In this document: positions 13,051-24,700 of the stretch, in pieces
How positions within the stretch are numbered: the first letter of the stretch is position 1
Layout: the number at the start of each line of letters is the position of its first letter
Origin: Antedon mediterranea
Lineage: Eukaryota; Animalia; Echinodermata
Assembly (NCBI RefSeq): GCF_964355755.1
Contig: NC_092673.1
Coordinates: forward strand, 30,873,648 to 30,937,647
Length of the DNA: 64,000 nucleotides
Reading direction: 5' to 3'
Notes under the pieces: model-generated
What the model was told of the DNA's origin: nothing
The model's database searches: none
The model's input: only the letters and a program-made list of their open reading frames with translations
Program-made: the position numbers and the translations under genes

Positions 13051-14970
13051 AACTAGACATGTAACTCTTCACTTTGACGAGTTTGGTTATCCGCCGCGCA
13101 ATTTGTGCAACATTAACATTAAGGGGATAGGTTGAGGACAAAAGGAAGTGTTCACGTTGGCATTATGACCTGAACTGAAGAATATGATATGTTGTTATTG
13201 CTGAATTTTATTATTTAAATTCATATATAGTATACACAGTATAATCTGTATCCATATCACATAATAATAATAATACCAGATTTATATAGCGCCCTTTTCA
13301 TGAGTAATCATGCTCAAAGGCGCTTTACAAGCATTATTACCCCAGTATTTGTTGGGATCAAACACGTATGGAAACATACTCCCATAATGCAGCCGGTAAC
13401 CAGCGCAGTTGTGTCTAGATCTAACTGGGTACCCATTTATACACCTGGGTGGAGAGAGGCAACGTAAGTAAAGTATCTTGCCTACGGATACAAGCAATGC
13501 GGCGAGAGTTGGATTCGAACCTAGGTCTGACGATCGGTAGTCCAACGTCCAACACACTGCGCCACACGCCCTCACTACAGTGTAGAATAGGTGAAATTAC
13601 GGGACCCGCTATTTATTGCAATTTTTAACATGTTGACGGTTTTAAAATGAAACGCGAAGGTAGCAATTCCAAAAGAAAATTATCTCAGCAACAACGTATT
13701 AGCGTGTAGAAGAAATTTGAATACGTGAAATATTGATGCGCGCTCTTTTTTTAAATGTAATGAATTATGACGCAAAAGATGAAAATACGACCTTTTTTAT
13801 TTAACTGGCCATATGATGACGTCACAACATCCGATTGGCAACATTTTTACATAATTTCGTATCTACAATCCAATAGCTTCCAGAAAAAGTTTTAATCGTG
13901 ATGATTATCACATTGTATTTTTATGAGCTATAACAGATTAAAATTTACTGTAAAGATGAAATTAATGCCACACGTGATTTAAATTTTTAGGCATGATGAC
14001 GTCAAAAAAATTAAAATATTTTTAACTCATGCGAAAGATAATTGATTGACCTAGACAATATCAAAATCGGGGTGAAAATGGAAAACGGATAAGTGGAGAT
14101 GCGCTCTATTCAATGTGATGAGCAATGACGAAAGATACAAAAATCCTAAATTTTATATTCGCGTAGCCATACGATGACACCACAATGTCCGGTTAGCCAT
14201 ATTAATACCTGATCCGATATCTACAACTCATCTACTTCCAGAATATGCCATCCACAAAAAGTTGACCGTCTAGTTTAGAAATTACGACTGTTTAAAAAAA
14301 GGCATATTTTAAACGAATTTTTTAACCTTTTCATAAAAAACGCGCGCAAATTGTCCAAGTCGACGTGCTCGTATGACGTATCTTTAAGTCGAAATTGTTT
14401 AAAATTTGGTAAAATTACTAGAAAAGGCTGGAAAAATATAAATCACGCGAAAAAAATACGTTTTCAATGCTACGTGCGCACCGCACACGTAAAAATGTGC
14501 GCATGCGTGGGAATTTTTGACATGCTTAAAACGACATGACACGCGTAGAAAGTTGATTATAAATTAATTTTGAGCATTTTGAAATTTTAAATGCGCGTGC
14601 GTGCGTACCTTTGTGTAAAACACGCAATTTTTTTTCAACAGAAAGTTAGCGCATGATATAAATTAAACTTTTGCAAAGTTTCAAGTTGAAATGTTATTTA
14701 GTTGTCGAGCTATGTTAAATACGACAAAATCGTTAAATCGCCCGTAAGTCACGTTGCACAATTGTAAACGTCATGAAAAGCTTCGCTTGACGACGTTACG
14801 TAATGTCAATATGTTAAGATAGTTACCGAAATGTTATGTTTGCGAGTTTTAGAGAAAAGCGTTACACAAAAATCATACAGAAAGAATGAAGATGAATAAA
14901 AAGTTGATGATGATGATTTCGTACAATCACAAGAGGTTATCCTGCAACTTCGTTGCGGATAACCAATTAA
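13051..14970 (-). mobile_element. Helentron-associated non-autonomous element (HINE/DINE-1-like)
   Basis: The minus-strand 5' end is TTAATTGGTTATCCGCAACGAAGTTGCAGGATAACC (subterminal inverted repeat plus hairpin), followed by a short (ATC)n. The 3' end is GCGGATAACCAA + stem-loop ACTCGTCAAAGTGAAGAGT + ...CTAGTT. This is the canonical DINE-1/HINE layout. Confidence 0.75.
13261..13573 (-). mobile_element. tRNA-derived SINE with L2-type tail, inserted in the HINE
   Basis: A-box TGGCGCAGTGTG and B-box GGTTCGAATCC; central GTATCCGTAGGCAAGATAC...CCACCCAGGTGTATAAATGGGTACC; tail AAAGCGCC...GGCGCTATATAAAT...(TAT)n. Confidence 0.9.
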
Positions 14971-15439
14971 TATGGGGTAAATAGTTCATAGATTCGACCA
15001 TATATAATAAAACTAAATGTGCACCCTTGATCTTGATTATGGATTTGCCCAAATGAACCCAAGGGCCGATCTTCCATGGACCTTTCTGGGTTCTCTATGT
15101 GGAGCTACAAGAGGCGCTATATTGGAAATACTGATTGTGGAATGAAAATGTGGGTTCATATAGATGTCTATGGAATAAATCTGCCTGTGCACCCTCGATC
15201 CTTAAAGAAGATTGATTGATTTACCCAAATTAACCCAAGGGCCGGTCCCCCATGGATCTCTTCTGGGTTCACTATGTGATCGGGGCTACATAAAGCCCCA
15301 TATTGGAAATATAATGGGTGACACTGTGGGTTCATGGAATAAAGCTGCCTGTGACACTCTCGATCCTTAAGAAATCCATATGGATTTGACTAAAATGAAC
15401 CAACAGCAGGTCATCTATTTAGACCCTTCCGTGGTTCTC

Positions 15440-16390
15440 TACTGTATGCTTATCCATATTACATCACGATTCCGAAAATCTCTGCCATTGCAACCATCTT
15501 CTGTATTAGATCTTAAGCCATCCCCAGAAGTTCAAAATCTTGGGGTTTACATGGATTCCCACTTGCAGATGGATGCTAACATCAATGCCATCGTTCTGCT
15601 ATGGTTGGGATTAGGAAGATTGCGCATGGTCTAATTTGTAGATTTCTGGATAGGGAAACAACTACATGACTTGTGCATGCCTTTATATCATCACGTCTGG
15701 ACTGCTGTAACAGTATTCATGTCCCACTGTCCAAGACCCTGCTTAGGAAGTTGCAGATGTTACAAAATAGTGCTGCCCGTCTAGTGTGACGAACTAAGCG
15801 TAGAATGAACTGCACTGGCTTCCTATGAAGGAGCGTGTCAACTTCACGATATTGCTGCTCACATATAAATCTCTTCATGTTGTTTTCACTCCACAATCCT
15901 CTTGTGGCAGTCTTCGTTCCAAATCTCAGAATCGTCTTGTTCCTGCTAAAGTTAAGACCATCTCATAATGGTCACCATGTATTATCTTGTGCAGCTCCTA
16001 TGCTTTCGAATTTCCTTTCAAATTGCATTAAAGATGCACAGTCGGTGGCTCTTTCTAAGAGGCTCCTTAATACATATTTTTAAAGATCTATTGTTTAATA
16101 AAGCATATTAATCCCCTTTTTTCTCCCTTTTCCATGCCACCTAGATTGTTTAGATCTAGTTTAAGTAGGGCAGGATGCGCCCGAGTCCGGGATGACCGAG
16201 ACACAACTGGTGCTGACTGAGGTTCAATTAGACCGATCCCTGGTTAGTGACAAGGGCATATCCCCTTACTTCGGTTTGGATTTTTTTTGGCATGGTTGGA
16301 ATCCCTTTAATCGTATTAGTTGTGTACAGCGCTTAGAGGTTTCACAACATTAGGAGCTATATAAATCCAGGATATTATTATTATGATTAT
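15440..16390 (+). mobile_element. 5'-truncated, decayed L2/CR1-group LINE (ORF2 C-terminus + 3' UTR)
   Basis: Frameshifted peptides VQNLGVYMDSHLQMD, LVHAFISSRLDCCNS, KLQMLQNSAARLV and LHWLP. The 3' end is GTACAGCGC...GCTATATAAATC...(TAT)n at 16324-16390. Confidence 0.85.
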
Positions 16391-18796
16391 GTTCAGTTCT
16401 ACATTTGGCCCCTGTATCGGATCAATGCATTTGGCTACATAAGGCCCTGTATTAAAAATATATCGGGTAAAACTGTGGGTTCCAGCCTATCTGGGCAACC
16501 CCGATCCTTAAGGAACCGATATGGATGTGCCAAAATTAACCAGGTGTAACATCTGGATTCTCTATGGCCATACATGCTCTTTATTGGAGATACATGGGTA
16601 CCTGGATGAAACTGTTTGTCTTATAATATGGATTTGACAACATTGGAAGAAGCTATTCACCTACGATTCTTAAGGAACTCATCGATTTGTGGGTATTCAC
16701 TCTATGGCCTAAATTGGCCTTGAATCGGAAATATGTAGATTGAACTGTGGGTTGCATCGGTCTATGTGGGAAAAAGTACTCAATAAATCTTTAAGTTGGT
16801 CTGCAGCTCAAATTTTAACTTTGGTTGAGACATATTAACACTGTATTATGTTGTCAAATAACTTCTGACCAATGTTCTGCTTCACTATTGCCTATCAATT
16901 TTTCTGTTTTTCTGATGGGTGATTCAGTAACTTTTTCAAAAAAATGTTACGTTATGCCAAGTATAAACATATGATTTGTGAACAATTTGACACAAAAATT
17001 GGCTCCCTACGACAAATATTTATCAATTTATATTATTATAATAATAGAAATTAGAATAAATAAACTTAAATTTATGTCAAAGGTCAATAACCACAATTCC
17101 CGTCATTTTCAAGCAAGATATTCTGTTAAACTGAATATAGATATATATATCTTGGGAACAATTTGCTCCTAGTTTTAATTTGCTCCGACCTGCCGTTACT
17201 TAGATATGACGAAAAGAGGTCAAATGTCAATAACCACACTTCCGGTCATTTTCAAGCAAGAACTTCTGTTAAACTGAATAAATATATATCTTGGGAACAA
17301 TTTGCTCCTAGTTTTAATTCTCTCCGACCTGTCGTTACTTAGATATGGCGAAAAGAGGTCAAAGGTCAAAATTGCTGAATATGGGGTTTCCGGTCAATTT
17401 GACAAAAAAAAATTCTATTAGAACTAATATTATCATATACATTGTGAACAATTTGACACCAAAATTAACTCAAATTCAAATGATTCACATTTTTTTACAC
17501 ATGATCATTATATTGGAGAGATATTTTTAGAGAGGTTTCGTTACCATTGAGTGCTACCTTAATTTTTTTTTTGTGTAAAAAATATCATTTTTTTTTTGGT
17601 TTTTTTGGAAAAAATGCTTATAAATTAGTATTAATTGACCAAAAGTCATACTATAACCTAATGTATACCTGCATAACTATATATCAAATTAAAGATAATT
17701 TAATAAGCTATCATTTGATACTAAATAAAATGAGGTACATTTAAAATTCACAACGTTATTAAAACAATAACAGGAGGCGTATCTCTAATTTTACACCAAA
17801 TGACCTTTGACCTCAAAATTACCCCCTTTCCCAGCTCAAAATTCAAGGAGGAATTTTTGGGATGACTTGGGATGCATTAGAACATAAATCCACTAAAAAA
17901 CCTTTGTTAATAATTATTTCACAGATTTGCATTTTTTTGACCTGAAATTCCCTAACTAAGGATAAGATCCCCTCGGAGTATGGTCACGTCGACCACATAC
18001 AATATCTGTGGAACGCCAAAACCGGCGCTCAATGTTACTGTTCAATGTACCACTCAATACTAAATTAGTCAGATTTTGAGAAAGACTAACAAATTTAATT
18101 TTTATCGGAAAAAATGACATATGAGGTGGATGTACATAATAACCGATTTACATACCGGTATCAAATTAAGAGTATTTCAAGCCTGATAACACGCAACAAA
18201 AATTACTCCACCACCTATTATAGACCTCGGTGGTGCGATCGGGCGTGGGTAGGGGTTTTCAAAAGTTATTTTTAGGGCGCCGATTTTCGCTCTCCGGCTT
18301 TTGTACCTCATTTTTAACTTGCGTTTTCTATTAAAATATTTAATAAACATAGATTTAAAAAATATATATATTAAAACCCTTAAACAAGATCTTTCCAGAC
18401 ATACGATTTTTATTCACATGCAGGGCTGAAAATTAACGGTTAATGGCAACCTTTATTTGGTAAGGTACAAGTTTTGTTTGTGGTGTTAACCCGGGTGTTA
18501 ATAAATGTAATAAAAAGATATATAATTGGGAGAGGGTGGGGATGATTGGGAGAGGGTGGGGATGATTGTGAGAGAGAGAGAGAGAAAACAATGTAGTTTC
18601 TAAAAGGAAAACTTGTTTTTTGTTTTTATTATTATTGCGGGCTTAGCTAGAATAGTAGGCCTAATAATTCCACAATTATGTTGTTTCAGATGATGAATCA
18701 AGAAATGATAATTAAGCTACTGTAGATATACTGGCCTAATATGGTATAACACCACTATTGCCTTCTGCAAATCAAGAAGGACCTAAAGCCTTAAAA

Positions 18797-21700
18797 ATGA
18801 CTGGCTCCAATATGATTAACAATGACAATAATCCCATCCCATTGGCTGATCAGTTAATTGGATTCATCGCCAATAATCCAAGTTCGTTCTGCGTCATGAG
18901 CAGCAACGGTGAGCACGTTAAGTTACGAGAAGATGTCGTACTTTGCTCGTCAATCAGTGACAAACTGATGAGTTTACACGCTGAATCTGAGAACGTGTCC
19001 GAGTCGTTTATGAAACTCTTCACCGACACTAACAAGGCACATCTGAAGCGGATGGAGGTTGCGAACACAAACATCACTGACAGATGTTTAATGTATGTAC
19101 GAAAACAAAAACTTGTTGAACTAAACTTATCGAATTGTAGCAACTTAACTCCATGCGGATTTCAGTACGTAAACGAACAAACCGAATTACAAGTTTTAAA
19201 GTTAGAAAACACCTCGATTATACAAGGCTACAAAAACGGAGATGTCTCTTTTCGTAGATTACGATTATTAAACTTATCAAGCACAGGAGTTGAAGCCATG
19301 CAACTGTATTGCATTGTAAGACAACTTGAGCATTTGAAATCACTGGATGTGTCGAATATTGTAAAAAATGGTGACCTGATGTTCCTGGATCCTGTAAGGT
19401 CAACCCTTAAATCACTTGTTCTGCATGACTGCATACTGGTACAACATAGTCTAGAATATCTTTGTAAATTGGTCAATTTAAGGTAAAGTGTAATACTTCT
19501 GTTTTTACCATTTCTCTTCATTCATCACTATATGTTTATATACAGGTTACTATCCCTTGTTTTTTTGTCACCTCTTTTGCCACTCCTTATCAACCTATTG
19601 TTTATCAAAATTAAAGACCCCTTCCCTGCAATTTTGGACGTTTTTTGGAAAATAATACATATATATCACTTTAAAAACATTAAATCATGTCATTCCTTGT
19701 CTTAAATGTACGTTTTATGGTAAATTATGATAAAAAGTGAGAAACAATGCACTACCTAAGTAGCTCGCGGCGATCGACCTCTCGTGGACGGTCTTAGGCC
19801 TAGCCTAGCTAGGCTTAGTTTTGTAGGCCTAGCTGGTAAACATCGGTAACGTACGAACATCGTACGCTACCTATATACCTAGCCTGACGTTGTATAGTTG
19901 CTGCATTAATTGTCTTTCTATTTTTGCCAGACTCCGTTGATACAAATTGGGGAAAACCCGGTATTTTCGCTGAAAAGTTAGGAGTCTTCCATTTGTTTTG
20001 GCCTCACGATCGATCGAAAAGTGGGCGAATTACAAAAATATCAATCCGCGCGCAATGCATTTTGGGATTTATAGCGGGCCGCTATAATTATTAGAATCGA
20101 CTTATTTTTCACATTTTTAACCGTTTAAAGACGAAAAAAGTTATCGCAATAGGACCATATAGTATTATTTTTACATTAAATATAGTTTGTGATCTTAAAT
20201 TAGATCTAAAAAACGTAGGGAATGGGGCTTTAATAAAATATCCTTTATTTTGGATAATACATCTCCATATACAAAACATACAAAACAAAAAGAGAACAAA
20301 CATGTATATGTATTATTTAATACAAATAAAAAATGCAGGAAATACCTAGAAAGTTAAAAATGTTGTTTATAACTACCCTTAAGCTCTGTCTCCACTATCA
20401 AACTTTATGTGAAAAAAAATTCACATCACACTTTTTTTGTCAAACTAGATAGTGTAGACAGAGCCTAAGTGTTCAATTCTTGTTTTCAGTCATCTGGATA
20501 TATCAAGTACGTCTGATGATAAGCTTAATATCAAAACAGAATTTCTCAAATGTTTATGTCAGAATTTGCAAAATTTGATGTCATTGGATTTGTCTGGAAA
20601 CCTAGTAGAAAAGGGCATTGATGGGTAAGAACTAATCTTCTTGTTATTGCTTATAGTATAATGTGAATGACTTATGATGTAAATGACACACCCGAAATAA
20701 CAAACAAAATCTTCATTTTTATCATTTAGTTATTTTTGATATGATGTTTTTTATGATTACAGTGGAGGTGATCAGTTAGATATGACTGACCTTGATCATG
20801 AGAGTGCTGAAACGAATGCAGAAAGAATAGGAAAGGGTGATTTAACAAGCTCACGTATTGAGGGCCTAAGAGGTCTGCAGAGACCTCTACATTTCCTAGG
20901 ACTATTGAATTGTCCAGGGTGTGACCTGGAGAACCTGCCAGCATTGAAGGTACAGTAAGTGCCAAGAAGAGCGATAACTGCACTTAACCATGTAGAATCT
21001 GTATCTATCCTGAGCAGGTTTCTCCTCCACATTTTGAGTAAATGGTCATAAAGCTTGGTTCCCACTAGAGATGCAAAGCAAGCACATAGACCAATGACAA
21101 GTGGCTGTAGAAGAAATAATCTATCGCTTTATGAATACGTCCTTGCATTCTCTAGTGAGAACCAAGCTTTAGAAGTTAAACATTTTTTTTTGTGCTTACC
21201 GTTACCGCTCGTCTATGTAAATTGGGTTTAAGGAGTAAACTAAACTTGAATGTTTCATTTAAATTTTCTTATTTTATTCTCAACAATAAAGTTTGATAAA
21301 TTATTTTCTAAGGTTGCTGGTGAAGCAAATGAAGACCAAGTGCTTAATGCCATTGAGGCTTACACAAGTAGAAGCACTTTTCTTCTCAAAGCTCTCAACG
21401 TTTTCTTTGAAGTTGTAAGAACTGCAAATTGCAAGCAGATACCAAGAGCAGCTAATGTAAGTTTTAATCAAGTTGACATTCCATGAGGATTGTGATGATG
21501 TGCCCATATATGGACATGATGATGTCATATCACTACCATATTTGGGCATATCACTACTATATTTGGGTACATCACTACCATATTTGGGCATATAACTACC
21601 ATATTATTATTTGGGCATAATCTCTACCATATTTGGGTACATCACACTTTTTTTGTCAAACTAGTAGTAATAGTGTAGACAGAGGTTTACCTTAATACCA

Positions 21701-24700
21701 GGACTTACTTAATTGCTTGCCTCATTCGTTTTGATTAAATTACTTATTTTTTTACTTTTTTTTCCTTTTTTTTTTCTTTTTTTTTAGCTTATTGTAGTAG
21801 GCATGAAAACACACCTTCGAAATTGCCCGATACAAATATCTGGGAGGTAGGTACAACAAATAAATTTGTATACAAAATTTGAGTTTATGATATACAGTAT
21901 TAGTTTGAAAAACAATTTATCTGCTATTTATTTGCACGACTGGAGATGACTGACCCCCAGACCTTTCTGATTTTTCTGTGTTCTTTATAATTTGCCTTGG
22001 GCATTTATAGACACAGGATCAACCTTTAAACATCCCATCTATAGGACACATTAATAAGAATCTTGTTTGAAGAATTAAGTAGTAGATTGATTTATATAGC
22101 TTTTTTTAAAACTTTCTTTGACAGTGCATCGTTGTATCACATTTGTTGTGAGCCATATCAGTTGAGTTTATCTTTCAAAACTAAAAGGTTAGTATGGTGG
22201 TAGAGTTCAAAGTTCAAAATGGCTATACAGTTCAAAGTTCAAAGGTTACTGTGGTTCAACAAGTAACCCTAATGAACAACAAAACTCAATTTCTATCAAC
22301 ATATTAAAAGAAAACAAACAATTTTCAGAGTAATGATATTACATCCTAAATTTAGTTAAATGAAGTTTGTTTTTCACTTCAAACTGGCCCCATTGGTACA
22401 CCCTCTGTAAATGCCCATTTACACTAGGACGATAACAATTGGTGATATATAGATAAATATGCATTTTTCGTACATAAAACAAAAGAAATCCTATAACTAT
22501 AGATGACCATCTATGCTTCCATTGATGAAAATGATATTTTCACACGTCCAATCAAATGACGTCATGATTGATAAGAGCAAAAACATCTAGACGATTTTAT
22601 TGTTATTAATCATGACGTCATTTGATTGGGTTATATTATTTTTATCAAAGACAGCATACATGATCATCCTATAGTTCTAGAACAAAAATCTTTCTGATTT
22701 TCCTTGTTTTATGTAAGAAAAATGCATGCTTATCTATTTATCGTCGATCATTATCGTCCTAGTGTAAATGGACCTTTATGCTATGAGCTTTGTCACTCCT
22801 TTTGTTGTATAACCACACCAATATCCCTCATTTTTAATATTTAATCAACTTCGACATTTTAATTTCAGATTAATCATCGTTGCTCTGTTGGATGCAATGG
22901 AAAACAACCCCAAAAGTCTAACTCTACAAAGAAACTGTTGCCTGACCCTTTACAACCAGTTGCCCTTTAACCTCCAGTTCCAGTACAAACGCTTCACCAA
23001 GATACTCATAAACATAATCAACAGCGAAGGCATTGATAATCTAGTTGAGAGATTGTGCGTTTTTATGTGTAATAATATTGTATGTCATGTTGAAGGGGAG
23101 GAGAAGAAGCTTATGGGGAAATTAGGTGTTGTAAAGGTAAATAGAGATATGTGTGGGTTTTGTTTAATTGTACCATAAAGCTGCTTTCACATCGCACAAA
23201 AATATTGTGGAAAATGGATTCAGTGGTAAAGCATAGGATCGTTCACACTAAATTAGTACAATTTGAATCCGTACCTTATTCAAGCTCCGTAATTTGTAGG
23301 AATGGATCAAGTAGCCATTTGTTTTCTGAAATCGTACGATTTCTTTCTTTCATCCAATCAGCAGTAAGCATGAATGACCTCGTTTGACAATGGATATATC
23401 TGTATTTCTGCTCGATGTGAAAGTAGCTTAAGACCAAAGAGAATATGGACAAAAATGATACAGGACGACTTTAAAACAGTATTAAATAACATTAGCCCAC
23501 TTGAGACACACCCGGCCCAAGACAGGAATAAATGGCACAAAATAGTCACGATGAAACGTATAAACAGTCGGGGGTTGTGATAGCTTAAGTACTAAAGCAA
23601 AATGTAATAATTGCTTGTAGTCTTTGGTGCTGTGTTAATCAGCACGCATTGATATTTTATGATGGCATTTGGTTTTCAATTACTGTTTGTAGGACTTTAA
23701 GTGAATCCTAAGTTTGTGCGCTGATGCAGGAATTTTCATTGCATTAAATGTATAATCTGTGTGTAAAATTAAGTGACCACGTACTTAGTTGTTTTGGAGT
23801 TGAATCACATTTGTGTTTGCCATTTTTCCAAAACTCACAAATAGCATGTTGTGATATGTCATTCATTTTTAAACAGCAGTAATTTTACTGAGTAAATTCT
23901 AAATGTAACTTATAGATATTTTGTTGTTTTTGTAGAGTATGTTGAGGTTGATAAAGAAACGTGTAGATAGGAGAACATACGATGAGGTTATGGAAACAGC
24001 TTGGAGTACATTGTGGAATGTAACTGGTAAATCTTATTTAATTTTTTATTAAAATAAAATAAAAAAGATATATTATTATGTTATGTATATGATATTTTGT
24101 TGTATTTGTTTAAATATCATCTGTCTATAGGCATGTCTTCCACAAACATTTTGCCTTTTTTGAACATCAACTTTTATCGTTTATTTTTTTACCTTCATTT
24201 TGTTAACTGTTTTTCTTGAAGTAAATAAATGTCACTTTGAATTGAATTAAAATTGTCCCCCTAATAAATTTTTTTTTTTAATATCCCATTTTAATGTCAC
24301 ATAATAGTTATTCTTTTGGAAAAGAGGAAATTGGATCGCCAAACAATTTATTTACCTAAAAGAACTGTAATTTATTTTGAAGCAAAAAGTAGTTAATTTG
24401 TCTTTTATTTTGTCTTTTCGTAAGTAACATCATTTAGGTTTTTTTTCTATTGAAGTGTAAATAATAATAATTAAAAGAAAGATTGAAAGATAGATCTTTA
24501 TTTTATTGATTTAGGAGACAATACATCTTTTAAAAGTTTGCATGGTAAATAAACACTAGTCAAGTTAGGTCTGCGGTACACCATTCAAAAAGAAAATAAT
24601 ATTTAAGAATGTTACAAACATGCGTGCAATACAATACAAATCTATGTATTTATTGGTAAAGCTAAAAATTGTTTTTACAAATGAATCTTCCTCTTTTGTA

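Larger units (their letters stand above)
12850..16790. repeat. Degenerate tandem repeat (about 130-180 bp units), interrupted by the HINE and the L2
   Basis: Recurrent ATGGATTTGCCC.AATGAACC...CTCTATGTGG...CTACA...TATTGGAAAT...ACTGTGGGTT blocks at about 12965, 15040, 15220, 15380, 16520 and 16685. Confidence 0.6.
7356..17958. mobile_element. Large non-autonomous Academ-like DNA transposon, outer shell of the nest (10.6 kb with insertions)
   Basis: TIR TAGTTAGGGAAT (7356) / ATTCCCTAACTA (ends 17958), with further inverted homology (TCTGTGAAA.AATTATTAACAAA...AAAAATTCC). 3-bp TSD AGG at 7353-7355 and 17959-17961. TGACCTTTGACC subterminal motifs in both arms. Confidence 0.75.

Noticed and set aside
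13500-13573. Possible tRNA gene
   Set aside because: It has A and B boxes but runs straight into a SINE body and LINE-like tail, so it is a SINE head rather than a functional tRNA.
7356-17958. Autonomous transposase, RAG-like or helicase gene inside the nest
   Set aside because: No ORF over about 105 aa and no DDE, RAG or helicase motifs were found. Only decayed LINE peptides are recognisable.
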